From contig CP075494.1 of NCBI GenBank assembly GCA_021613535.1, forward strand, positions 10,602,001 to 10,666,000: 64,000 bases of DNA. The letters are read 5' to 3'. Below the pieces are notes generated by a model that was not told the DNA's origin, searched no databases, and saw only the letters and a program-made list of their open reading frames with translations. Positions within the stretch are counted from its first letter, which is position 1. Each line of letters opens with the position of its first letter. The position numbers and the translations under genes were made by a program. The DNA is from Adineta vaga (lineage: Eukaryota > Animalia > Rotifera). Positions 14,301 through 27,178 of this stretch are shown here, piece after piece.

Positions 14301-17300
14301 CTTCCTAGAATTTCCGATTCATTTAGATAAGTAGTGTACACAAACATTCATTTGATTGTTTGGGTTTATCATCCGATAGCCAGTACCTAGTGACTGGTGG
14401 TGATAATATGCTGAAATTTTGGGATGACGTGAATTATCAAGTAAATTTAATCGAATTTCTTATTAACGAGAAGCATTGTTTTCTATGTAGAGTTTTGTTG
14501 GTCATTCCGAATCCATACGAAAAGTTTTCTTTACTGATGATAATATGCATGTTGTTAGTATTGGAGATTCGATCTTCATTTGGGATGTACTAGCATGGAC
14601 AACACCACGACCAGGTTTATTAAAGTTAGTTACATTTCTTTTTCTTATAATCCTGAGTTCTAAAGTAAGATTTATATTTTCAGTAACACACCATACATTG
14701 CTCCGCCGAAAAGTGAGTTTGATGAAACTGGAAATGATGAAAAACTAATAGTTTTATTTAGTTGTTCAACATGCACCTGTTCAATCGAATTTCGATAATA
14801 ATGGTCAACCAAGAAATCCTCCCGAACCATTTCAATACCATCAACAAACGAATGGAAATACAGCACAAGCGATAACACGATCATTATCAAATGCTGAATT
14901 AGATAAAACAACAAGTGTATTGCAAGGACAAAAGTAAGCAAGACATTACAATCGAGTTTTTTTTGAAGAAACTTCGATCTTTTTAAAGGAAAATAAACAA
15001 TAAAAAATCAACAAACAAACAAATAGATCATTCACCAACAATTCGACGTCATTTTATTCAACGAATCAATCATACACAATTAGCAAAAGTAATATACAAT
15101 ACTAATATTCCTATTGTGACTCTAATCTGTACTTTCTAGAAACGTTATGTCGCTCCACCTAATCAAGAAAGTCTGAAACTTCAATCTGTCATTGGTTACA
15201 ATGGCAATGGAAGAGAAAATCTCGTTTGGCATGCACATAGTGGATTCTTCGCATATACCGTCGGTTGTAATATCATTGTAGAAAATCTCAATAATAATCA
15301 TCAAACATTTTTAACTGGTAATATTTCTTTCTACTTGAGAAAAACAGGAGTGAATTTATAATTTAATTAGGACATACAGAAGAAATCTCAACTATGACGT
15401 TATCGAATGATGTAACGATCTTAGCTAGTGCACAATGTTCACTAACAACAATGAATAAAGATGAATTACAAACGAAAATTATCATTTGGGATATTAAAAC
15501 ACTTCGACAAAAATTGTTTCTTCATCAAACAGTTTATGCTATTCAATCCATGGCTTTCTCACGGTATTTGAAGAAGATTTTATGAAATTTCTCAATTTAT
15601 TGTTTCGTTTATTTTTGTAGAGACGATCGTTTTCTCATCACTATGGGTGATTATCGTAAACCTCAATTAACTCTATGGTCTACACAAGATTTTACTAGTT
15701 TACTCAATTGGCAAGATGAACTATCATCATCATATATCAATTGTCTTACTTGGAATCCTATGCGTGCCAATGAATTCTGTCTTGGTTGTTCAAATAATCT
15801 CATTCGTTTTTGTACCATTATCGAACAAACGAACGATACTAATCTACGTTTACAAGTTGTTAATGGTCAAGTCCCATCATCAATCAGTGAACATACGAAA
15901 AAGACATGTGAAATAACTGCATGTACTTATTTAATTTCCAGTACAAATCTTGTTCTATGTTCAACTAATTGTGGTTTTGTTACTTGCTGGAATACACGAA
16001 CAAATACATGTTTACTTCATTGGAAAGCAGATACGAATGAAATTTGTTTTATGACATCGATAAAACATCAATTAATTACAGGTTCATCAACGGGCTGTTT
16101 AAGATTATGGAATACGGAAAATCTTGAAATTAATCTAGGTTCACCCAATACAAATGATTCGTAAGTTCAGGTTCGAAACTAATTCAATAGAGAAAACATT
16201 GTTGTTTTCTTTGTCTAGAAATTATGGTTTAAGTATTCAGGATGAATTTCAACTTGATGATGGAATTATTAGTGGAGCATTTGATAATATTTTTGATATG
16301 GGAATTATTGGAACATCATGTGGATCTCTATGGTATATTTGTTGGACAAGTGAACGATCAAAAACTCGTCTTGTTGCCTCACATACTGATCGCATAACGG
16401 GTGTTATACCGATTGAAGATACACATATTGTTACAAGTAGTTTTGATGGAACAATTCGAATCTTTCAATTAGAAGATCGAAATGAAATTCTTCGTTTTGA
16501 TGCGAATGGATTAGTAAGTCGATTAATATGAACGAAAAGCAATGACATATTTTCTTTCGTCATATTTAGAAAGTCACCTGTTTAACGTCATGGGATAATT
16601 CTATTCTACCCACAGCTGATGCATTTGGGCCAACAAGTCCAATTAAAACTATTCAAACTACAATTCGATCTATTGTTGCCGGATATAACGATGGTACATT
16701 ACGTATATTTAATCTTCTGCATGGTCAAATGGTACTTAAATTACATCCACATACTGCAGCTATCAGTGCAATTCATACACCATCGAAAAGTTCGTTATAA
16801 AAACGCGTTTTCTTTCTCTAATCTTTATCTATTGTTTTTTTTTGCTTTTTAGCAATCATTTGTCTATCTGGTGCTTCGGATGGTTCTGTTGCTGTATCAA
16901 ATCTTGCTCAAGGTATTGTTTTACGTGTTCTCAATGATCATCGTGGTAATGCACCAATTTGTACAATTGATTCCAAACAAATCTTAGAAACAAATTCTTA
17001 TATGTGGTTAATTTCCAGTCATGATCGACGTGTTAGTTTATGGAAATCCAATCATCAATCTGATTTCTGTCAATTAATTGATTGGTTAACATTTTCAGCA
17101 CCATCCTATGCACCTGATGGAACAACTCAGGAAAATAATTGGCAATCATATCCACCAAGTTTAGCTCGATTTATTGACGTAAATCTTTTACTTTATATTG
17201 GTTATGGAATAGAGAAATCCATTCAAATTTATAATCTCGATAGCAAACAAATCGTTCGTACAATTCCATTAAGTCAATGGTGTTCATGTTTTGATCTATC

Positions 17301-17517
17301 AAATCTCAAACCTGATGATGATGAAAATCGTTTGATCGCAATTGGTACTAAAGATCGTTTAGTACAATTAAAAGATTATACTCAGGGTACTTTTCAGGAT
17401 TTTATTGGTAACAGTGATACATTATTAAATATCAAATTTATTCATAAAAAATCCCATGATTTATTAGTAACAACTTCATACAATGAAATATTCATTTGGA
17501 AAGTTCTTTTAACTTAG
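11361..17517 (+). CDS. WDR90: WDR90/POC16 centriolar protein (CFAP20/DUF667 domain + WD40 propellers)
   Basis: N-terminal WQHPFVNIFKHF...GDVTALMDRDLKCTVFRIRG..PANNYIQFP..LALTGR; KRYVAPP..ESLKLQSVIGYNGNGRENLVW; DWLTFSAP; QDFIGNSD; many WD40 repeats; multi-exon. Confidence 0.93.
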
Positions 17518-18408
17518 TTGGATTTATACATTCTATAGATGTTAGCTTCTTCATTGTTTTCTTTTTGTATAACATTTATCTTTAAAAGTAAAAAGAACAA
17601 TAAAATTCTTATAGAATAGAGACAAACAATTTGTTTATCAAATGTAGATCAGACTTCAATGTCATTACTAATGTAAGAACTTTTAGGAGAAAAAAAAACG
17701 TTGTCAATCATAAGACAAACTTAATTTAAATCTATTATTATAAATTAAAACATCAACTTAATCAGGAATTGAAGTAGTCTTATATTCAAGAAAATACCAC
17801 AAATTAAAACTAATGCGTGGATTGTATAAATTCAGTAGGAAAAGTTTACTCTCAAGACAAATTCTTCTCTAAATATGTATTCATTTCCATCTGGAAATAA
17901 CGTCTTGTCTCTGTTGGATAAAATAATATTCTGATCATTCTCCTTGGTAAAGAAGTTCATTGATCTACTGACAATCAAGTAAAACTATACTTCATTTAGT
18001 ATGTCTAAATTATCATCATTCATTCAAGTATTCGTCTTCTATCCATGTCATTTCTTTGTAGTAGATATATATATATATATATATATACAATAGAATATAA
18101 TTGCTTTTCAATGATATAATAGATGACACGTTTCTCTCAACAAAGTTGATTAAAAGTCTTCGTTAACTGTGCACGTGAATTAGTACGTCTGTCTGATAAT
18201 GGATATTTTATTTTTTTTAAAAACGCAATAGATTGATTCGTGTTTAAGAAGTCAATCTTTAACAAGACTAATGATTTCTTATTAGACATGACTTCTTGAA
18301 ATTATTTTGTCAATTACCGCCCACATCTTTCTTCTATAATATAATCAGAAATGAATTATGAATAGTACTTTCATTTCTACTTTGTCTTTAGACTAAACAA
18401 TTGTCAAC

Positions 18409-18705
18409 ATGGTTTCACCACGAATTTATCTTCTCCTTGCTCTTCTTATGTTAATACTTCCTGTTCAAAGTATTAACTATGTTGGAACATTAACAGCAAG
18501 CGAATGTAAAGCTTGTAAGTAGACCATGAATGTGATATTTTCAATAAAATCAATTGAAATTTTAGATTTTGCATCGGATGATGTTAATAAGAATCTTCAA
18601 GCATTGTTCAGTTGCCCAAAAAAATGGCGACCTTTGGCAAAAAAACGGATTTCACGCTTCGAACATCAACATTCATCTACTTCTGCCGATGAAGATCAGA
18701 AATAG
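18409..18705 (+). CDS. Secreted C-x18-C peptide precursor A (81 aa)
   Basis: Exons 18409-18514 and 18566-18705 (phase-1 GTAAGT..TAG intron): MVSPRIYLLLALLMLILPVQS-INYVGTLTASECKAYFASDDVNKNLQALFSCPKKWRPLA-KKR-ISRFEHQHSSTSADEDQK*. Signal-peptide-like N-terminus; paralog of B and C. Confidence 0.85.
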
Positions 18706-19326
18706 AAATGATTTGAAATCAACAATTAATACCTTAATGTATATACAATTATAAGTATTTGTATTTGATCATATTCGATTTATAGACAAATATTTCCTTT
18801 ATGCTACAAATAAATGAAAACAAGAAAAAAGAAATTCCATAACGTGAAAATTTGTTTCTATTCAAGAATGTAAATAAAACCATTCAAATATAGAACGAAA
18901 GAATGTAATAGATTCGATTTTTCGTCAAGTATTTGATATAGGGATATATGAAATTGTATTGATTAATTTTTAACGAAAAAAAAAAGGATATTCAAATGTA
19001 AGAACTCGTTGGCGGATTGATTGTTATTGCCAAAATTTGCCACACCTACTTTTTCTCCATAACAATATGCGTCGTTCACATTTTTTCTCATGAATTATAT
19101 CTCACATAGAATCACGTATGGTTCCAATTTCGTACGATAACTAAGTTTAAAAATATCTTTTGATTGTTTGATAAAATTCGTGCTCTATCTCTTTTTTCGT
19201 TTTAAAACAAGAGAAATGGCATGTCGATTATTCATGTGTATTTAATTGAGTTGTAGTAGATCGAATCAATTCATTTGTTATACAAAACGAACAAGATTAC
19301 TCTATCAAGTGATAGTATTTTCACTA

Positions 19327-19557
19327 ATGTCGATTTGTCTTTATGTGTTCATATTGATTCTTTTATATGCAATGACAATTTGTAGTTTTCCCTATTTTGA
19401 AACATTAACAGAAAAGGAATGCAGAACATGTAAGTTCGAAATTGTTGTTTTATTTTTAAAGAATTTCTTTTCTTGACTAGATTTCACTTCAAATGATCGT
19501 CGTAAAGTCATTTATGCTTATTTTACTTGTCCAAAAAAATTACAACCAAAACTTTAA
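19327..19557 (+). CDS. Secreted C-x18-C peptide precursor B (59 aa)
   Basis: Exons 19327-19429 and 19481-19557: MSICLYVFILILLYAMTICS-FPYFETLTEKECRTYFTSNDRRKVIYAYFTCPKKLQPKL*. Same intron position and phase as A and C; AATAAA near 19606. Confidence 0.85.
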
Positions 19558-20622
19558 ATAATAAAAGAATTGTCATCCGTAATTCGATGTTTTTTATTTT
19601 TGCTGAATAAAAGAAAAAAAAAGAAACTTGTTCATGTATTTATGATAATGTTCATCTCCAGTAAACAATCTATTTGATAAATATCTTGAAATGGTTGAAA
19701 AGGTTTAACTTGGAAATTTCTTAGGTTTTTTTCCTTTTTTGTGTCATGCGACGTTATTCATTGATGTTGTTTTATACAAATAATATGAAACTTTTTTTTC
19801 TCTCTCTTTCGTTCGTACTTATTTTACACAATGAATAATCAATAAAAACGACATATTTCTTCGCCCGAGTCGAAATAAATGTATCATGACACATATTCTC
19901 AATCAACATTGGTATCATACAATACACCTTCTTTCGTTCAGATCGGATTGTGAAGGAAACAGATAAAGAGTAGACGATTGAACTTGTTCTATTTAAAAAT
20001 ACATCCTCCAACGCTTATGCATATTCAAAGATTTTCTTCCCATTTAACTATCATTTAGAACTTTTCACTACATTGAGAATAGCTCATTGAAGCTAATTTG
20101 TTTTTTCCCCCTCGTCCTTGACACGCGTTTAACAAACCTACGCATATACATGTGATTTCACTACTTTCTTTCTTTCTTCAAAATAACGAATTAGACTGGT
20201 CATTGATCATCTAAAACTTGTATAAATAGAGCTAAATAAAATAGGATATTATTCACTTCATGGTGACTTGAAAATTTCCAAGCTCAGTTGGTATAAAGCG
20301 AGATATTAGTCAACAGTACGCATCAAACTTTGTCTTTTTCTGTTCTTTTCTTTGACACACATTGATGTTACATCATTATCGAAAAAAAAAACAGGTGTAG
20401 GTGTATTTCTTTCTTTATTGATTCTAGTGTTGTATAATTGGGAAAAAATATAGATTATATTCATTGTTATAGTTAAGGTTTAAATTGAATCAATAATAGT
20501 AAGTTTTGAATCATTCGTTTATTTTTGTCACTGAGTTTTTTTTATTTTCGCGCTTGTTATCATTTTCTTCATCTTTATTTTCAAGATAATAAACTTTTGT
20601 TTAATAATTTTAACAAGCAACT

Positions 20623-20870
20623 ATGTCGTTTTATTCATGGTTTATCCTATTTCTTTTACTGATTTATCAATGTTCAGCACATATAACAAGTTCCATGACA
20701 GAAAAAGAATGTAGGGATGGTACGTAATTAAAGAGCTATTCCACACTTTATATATATATATATATACATTTTCTATTCTTTCTATCACAGCTTTTGCGTC
20801 CGGCAATTACAAAAGATACCTTGAAGCGTATTTCAAATGTCCATCAAGATATCGTCCAAATGCTCAATAG
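20623..20870 (+). CDS. Secreted C-x18-C peptide precursor C (58 aa)
   Basis: Exons 20623-20719 and 20791-20870: MSFYSWFILFLLLIYQCSA-HITSSMTEKECRDAFASGNYKRYLEAYFKCPSRYRPNAQ*. Same intron position and phase; TATA-like GTATAAAG near 20292. Confidence 0.85.
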
Positions 20871-21466
20871 GTGTCTCCGTTTGCAGCTTATTTCAGTCAA
20901 GATTATCGATGATCTCGCTTTTTTTTTTGTTCATCCTTTATTCTGTGAATACATTTGTAAATTTAACTAGAGATAAACTAACTCGTGTCAGTAAATTTTT
21001 CTGAATCCTAAATAAAACGAAATATTTTTTTTTGACTGACCCTAAAGAACAGTTTTCAGGCTATGTTAACCTCCTACACTGATGTTTTGCTGTTTATTCT
21101 CACCATTACTTCTAAACGGTTAAGTACAGTTTGACGTCAATCATCTGATTCTTAACGAATCTGTCTGTTTTGAGAGAAAGAAAATTGGCCAAACTTCATT
21201 TTTTGCTTATATTAATAAATAGGTATTTTGAAGTAAAGTAGACGCCTACTTTATTTATTTGAATGTAAAACGAATCCTTTTCTCAATGAGAGAAAAGAAT
21301 ATATTAACGAGAGTAAAGTTTTTTTTTATTTTGTTCTTATTTTAAAAAAAGCAGTTTTTTATGCGTAAAAACAGTCTGACTTCTTTCGATAGTTTTTTTG
21401 TTGTCTCTTAAAGATGAATTAATCCTACTAGATAAAGGTTCGACTTTTAGATTAGAACGAATCACA

Positions 21467-22171
21467 ATGGATTTTTTAAGTTTTGGTAAAGATCAAATGG
21501 AAGATGGATCATTGGATGGCATGCTTCAGCAAGCTGGTATTGATGATGTGGGATCATTTGTGAATCAATTTCGAGGTCAAGCAAATCAACAAGCTCAACA
21601 AGTTCAACAATCACCTGACTTTATGTCCATGGGTGGTTCATTTTTAAATCAAGTATAATGAAATCAATGATTAATTAGATTCTACATTCCTTGTTTTAGT
21701 TTTCTGGCAGTAAAGATTCTCCTGATATGGTTCAAGGTGCTTTTAATGCATATAAAATGTTCTCTGGCGGTCAAAGTGGCGGTCAAGGTGGTGGTGTTTT
21801 GGATGATATTAGTACGTATAGTAAATTCGAACTATGAAATATAGAACAAGAATATATTTAGGTTCAACCTATGACAATGCACAGAAAATGTATGCTTTGT
21901 ATAAACAATTCGATAAAAATGGTGATGGAAAAATTACAGCTGAAGATATTCAAATATATCTTCAAGAAATGGGTCTTGGCGCCGTTTCTCCATGTACGTA
22001 ACTGAAAGCAATTGAATAGTTCATGTACCATTGAATTCTATAGATATGGCGAAAGGATTGTTCAAAGCTGTTGATAAAAATGGTAATGGTAATTTAGATT
22101 TTACTGATTTAATGGCCTTATCAGCTATGGTTAATCAATTATCGGGTAAATTTGGTGGTGGTGGTGCTTAA
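21467..22171 (+). CDS. Two-EF-hand calcium-binding protein with Gly/Gln/Phe/Met-rich N-terminus, 4 exons
   Basis: Canonical EF loops DKNGDGKITAED and DKNGNGNLDFTD. Three short GT-AG introns give one frame from MDFLSFGKDQ to GKFGGGGA*. Confidence 0.88.
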
Positions 22172-22760
22172 GAGACAATTGAATTCTTATTCTTACAAAT
22201 TCGAATGGCTTCCTTTTGTAGTTAGAATATTGTCACTTTCTTCAAAACGAATTTAATAATAAATAGTCTTTGATTTGACAAGTAAGACGCATATGGAGTA
22301 TATAACCAGGAGGAAGCATGTAGTTTGCTGATAGATATATATAAACTATACATAGTTATATCCAAAACGTTCATAGAATATTTCGCTAAATCAAGATGAA
22401 AACAACAACATAAATCAACATTTACTTTCAAAAGTAACATCACTTAGGAACTCTAATGTTTTCATTAAACAAACACTGTATTAATATGGATTCGACTTTC
22501 ATCATTTTTCACAATACTATTTACTCAACTGATAAAACAATGTAAAAAATCATCGATAACATATCAATAAATCTTCTGTGTGTTTTTTTACGAAAATATA
22601 AAATTGAAACATATCATCGTTTATACAATTGTCGATATATTTAAAAAGAAAAACAAAGTTTCACAATCATCAATAATTAATTCAGATATGTATGTAAATA
22701 CAAAAAATTTACCTGTATGAATAATCAAAAACGAATGATTATCGATATCAAATGCAAAAT

Positions 22761-25700
22761 CTAACTACTATTTGATCGTTTCAACCATACTCCACCACTT
22801 GATTCGACTGTAGTTGATTTCAGTATATTTCTTTTATTAGCTGCTGTTAATTGTTCATAATCATCAGTCGATGAAATTGCGTCTTGTCGTTGAATAATCA
22901 AAACAGTTTTTTTTCGAAGTTGAGGAGTTAAAATCGGTGTTTCTTCCGTTAATGCATCGGTTTGTTTCGAACTATTTGTAGATGGGCGTTGTTGAGAGGC
23001 ATGAAGACGAGGAGCTGAATAACATGGACGTAGTGAACGTGTTGGAGTCGTTGCAGCCGATTGTTGTGCTGAGAAATGTGGTGATGGCGATCGTGATGGA
23101 CGAAATCGATGTGGAGATGGTGAACGTTGTCGACCAGTAACTTGTGAATGAATACTTAATTGTGAATAGGGCGATATCGATGGCGAAACATAGAGTGGTC
23201 GTGCTGGTCCTGTTGTTGGTACACCACGTGGTACAGATGATTGTCTTGAATATCGATGATGATGCAGATGATGGCCATAGGGTGCCAAACTAGCACGTGG
23301 TGTATATAATTCAATAAGTTCACCAGTTAAAATTGAATTTCGTTTAATTAAATGTGATAATTGATGACTTCGTGAACTTTCACGTCGTCTTGAACTACTT
23401 GTTAATATATCATTAATACCACCATATTCACTTTCGAAATAAGTTGAACCCGTAAAGATTTGAGAGAAATATGATGATGCAAAATAGGATGATGTTGACA
23501 TTCGTTGATGTCGTCGTGAATTTGTTGAGGATTTTCTTAATGATAAATCATTTCCATTATGAATTTGTAATGTTAAATGACGCGAAAATTTCAATCGACA
23601 TGGAATAAAAAAACATGTATGACCCGATGGTCCAAGATAACAAAGAAGTGATTGAAGAAAAAATGTCGAATAGATCACACTTATCAATGAGGAAATTGTA
23701 TAAATCATTGCTGATTTCGAAAGATATGGCAATGATGAAAAGAAACAAGGAAAAGAGATAAGAAAGATTGAAAAGGTTATATGAAATAACGTTGTGCATA
23801 ATTGTTTAAGCGAATAAATCGTACGATTTTCACGTTGAAAGAAAAATGTCGGAGCTAATTTATAACTAAAATATCAAAAGAATTAGTTTAGAATTACAAT
23901 TCAATACTTTGACATACCTGATCGAATAGAGTACGGAATATTGTGAACAAATAATCAATCCAATTGTAAAAAAAGACATATTTTCGACAGTTAATTTATA
24001 TTTCATTAATGTAAATACGGCGATAGAAGTTAGAAAAGTGAATATTGTTGTTAATGTCACAAAGATTCCTAATACACCAGTGAATAAAACTAAGAAAATT
24101 AACATAATTGTAAATTTAATTCCTGTTAAAACATATTTTTCTTGTTCTAATTGTTCCATAAGTGTGTAAGTTGAAAATAATTCACTTGACCACCAAAAAT
24201 TCATATGTGGAAAGGTTTTCGTAAAGAATTTACTGATTTCATTTGTTTTTAAAATTTCATTTAAAATTTTCCATTCCATATAATTATTAATATCAGTTAA
24301 AATATCCCATTTGTAATTTATTGTTTGTAAGAGAAAACGAGGATTTGGAGAATCACTTATAAAACGAAGGCCATTTCTAATTAGAAATAAATCATCATAA
24401 GAATTCGAATTATAATATAATGAATTTAAACAAATGATACATTCATATGTAGTAAATGTTTGATTTAATGAACAAATATGTGAACAATTCATCGATTGAT
24501 TATGATGAGAGGCAATCACTGATGAAAATTTTGTATTGGAAGAAGAATAAGTCAGAATTGATGGAAATAAATCACCAAAACAATGAACATTGTTGATTGT
24601 TAATGGAAAATGAGTGAGTTTTTGAGATAAGATTGTAGGTCTAAAGAGAGATAGAAGTCAATATTTTGTTTTTATTTTCACTGATATCTTACTCATATAA
24701 GGAATCATTGATTGGTACATGTCGATGATAATGTCTATATGATAATCGTCTTTGATTTGGTTTATATTCATAATATTGTCGTTTCTGATCCGCAGTTAAT
24801 CGTGAACAAAATTCGATTAATTGTGTTAAATTTTTCTCTAAAGCATCTTCAAATCTTTGAAATACACCAGGTGTTGATGTTAACTTATTTTCTATATTAT
24901 AATCTAATACAGGAATATCTCTACTTGGTATCATCGCTTCATTTGGTACTTCCCAACGTGAACCAATATAATATGTTATATCAATATCTAATGATTTCAT
25001 TGTTGGAAGAAATTTATCATTTTGTAAATGATACGGTAATGCATCGAATGTAATTCGACAGACATTGAATTGTAATTTTGGCCATTGAAAAATAATAACA
25101 AAAGCTAAACAAGCAATTAATGAGAATAAAGTTAACCAAAATGCTTTTAATCGTATGATAAGAAAGGAAACTGTACGATCGATAAAACAATTCAATTTTG
25201 TTGTTGTTAATACACGATGTAAGAATTGTTCAATCGTTGGAATGGATGATTTATATCGAAGAATAAAAATAAATGAAACTAAAATAAAATAAAATAAAAA
25301 ACAATTGATGTAGATTATTGGTCATAACAGACAAAAGAATAAACCTCTTCTTATAATGAAAAGATGAAAGTAATGATTGTCAATAACAATCATGTCATTC
25401 GAAAAATTGATAAACATAGGATGTCAATGTCTATGCTCGAAATTATATTTCATGTCAGTATGATTATATATGATCGAATTAATGAATAAAATTTGACAAA
25501 TTGTTTTCTACGTCATAGAATTTGAACATTTCTTACCAGGATATAGAGTAAATGATATAAAAAATGAAATAACAATAAGTAAAATTGAAAAGACTGAAAA
25601 ACATTGTAATGCTATGATTTGATTTGTATATGTGATAATTAAAATAAGAATTGCTGTTAAATTTTTTGGTAAAATATAATAGAATGTTTGTGTTAATAAA

Positions 25701-27178
25701 TTTTCAATAATACGATTGATTGTACAATCATCTCGTCGATGATTATTAACGAACCAACATGTATACCAAAGAAATGAATCAATGAATGTAATGAATAAAT
25801 ATAATGTTATACTTGTATAATTGAGAATTGTCATTGGAAAATGTAAGAGATAGAGATAAATGAGAAAAGTGAAAACAATAGTTTGAAATATATGAAGAAT
25901 AATAATGAAAACAAAGAAGAGATTTTTAACAAATAATAGAAGACAGAAGATATAGAGAAGAATAGTTATGATTAGAAATGGTGAATAACGATAGAGAAGA
26001 TGTTGGAGAAGAATTTCTTCATTTTGAAAAATAAAATTCGTATGAATTAAAGAAAATGTTGAAGGAAATGATACTGTTTGAAGATAATCATAGAAAGATA
26101 ATAGTTGAGTGGAATTTTCAATATTAAGATAGATTTTAAATATAGAAGATGATCGAAGATGTTGAAGATAATGATGAAGACGATGATTTGAACATAATGA
26201 AGAATTACATGATAACCATTCTGTTTGATATTCTTCGAATTGAATTAGAGTAAGATTTTCACATTGTGTTTCTGAATAAAACGAATCACCAAAGAGAAGA
26301 GAAACTAAATAAAATTCATTTTTATTTTTTTTTGAATTTAAAAAATTGTTTTGCTATTTATTTACCTGGTCCAATTTCTTGACAACAAGTATCGTTCATT
26401 GATAATAAACAATCTGTAAATTTTAAACGTAAATTCCATTCTAATTTACATACTGTTTTGAAAGTATTAACATCATTAAATAATGTTGTCGTCAATTCAA
26501 ATATAAATTCATTATAATGAACTAGAAACTATGAAATTGAAATTTCTCTAGTTATTGAAAATATCTACATACGTATTGGACATGTTGGTAAATAAAATCG
26601 TTTCGAACAAGGATTGATATGTGGATTGAAAGACGAATATGGTATTTGATGTATTGTCTAAAAAAAGAAGATGTGATTAAAAGAAAATGAGTTTTATTCA
26701 CGAAATTTTAATTAATGTTCGTTTTACATGAAGAAATTAGTTAAACGATTTCCGATGGAATTTATTTATAGAGAGATGATTTACTTTGCTAGTTATTGAA
26801 AGTGGATGTAAATGTGCTGTTTGAGTTTCACGTATCAGTGCAATTAATTTTCGATATTCATCTGAAGATTTTGTTCCATGAGCTTGAAAACCCTTTTTAT
26901 TTGTTTGAATATAAATTTAAAAGAAAAAAACTATATCAAGAGAATATGAAAAGAAAATTCTTACTTTTAAAAGATGTTCAACATGTATTTGATCACGTTT
27001 ATAAATCAATAGAATAATCAAAATACCGGTCATAATAAATATCCAAGTAAAGAGAAATAAATGATATTTGATTAAAAATCGAGCGTATCTATTTCCCATG
27101 AAGTTGTTTTTTGTTATATTTTATTCACGAAACGTTTTCTTCAACTTACTTGGCTTTAAAATGATTACTACACACCAT
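22761..27178 (-). CDS. Divergent Dispatched-like (Patched/RND, sterol-sensing-domain family) multipass membrane protein
   Basis: ATG 27178 (MVCSNHFKAK|YARFLIKYHLFLFTWIFI), Cys-rich luminal loop (VCKLEW...TCCQEIGP...QCENLT), and two hydrophobic multi-TM blocks. NYTSITLYLFITFIDSFLWYTCW aligns with Dispatched [23 protein letters not shown]. Long S/R/P-rich tail. Confidence 0.7.

Noticed and set aside
17600-18400. Search for a fourth C-x18-C peptide copy here, at 19600-20600 and at 20900-21400
   Set aside because: No signal peptide plus EC...CP pattern found by eye.
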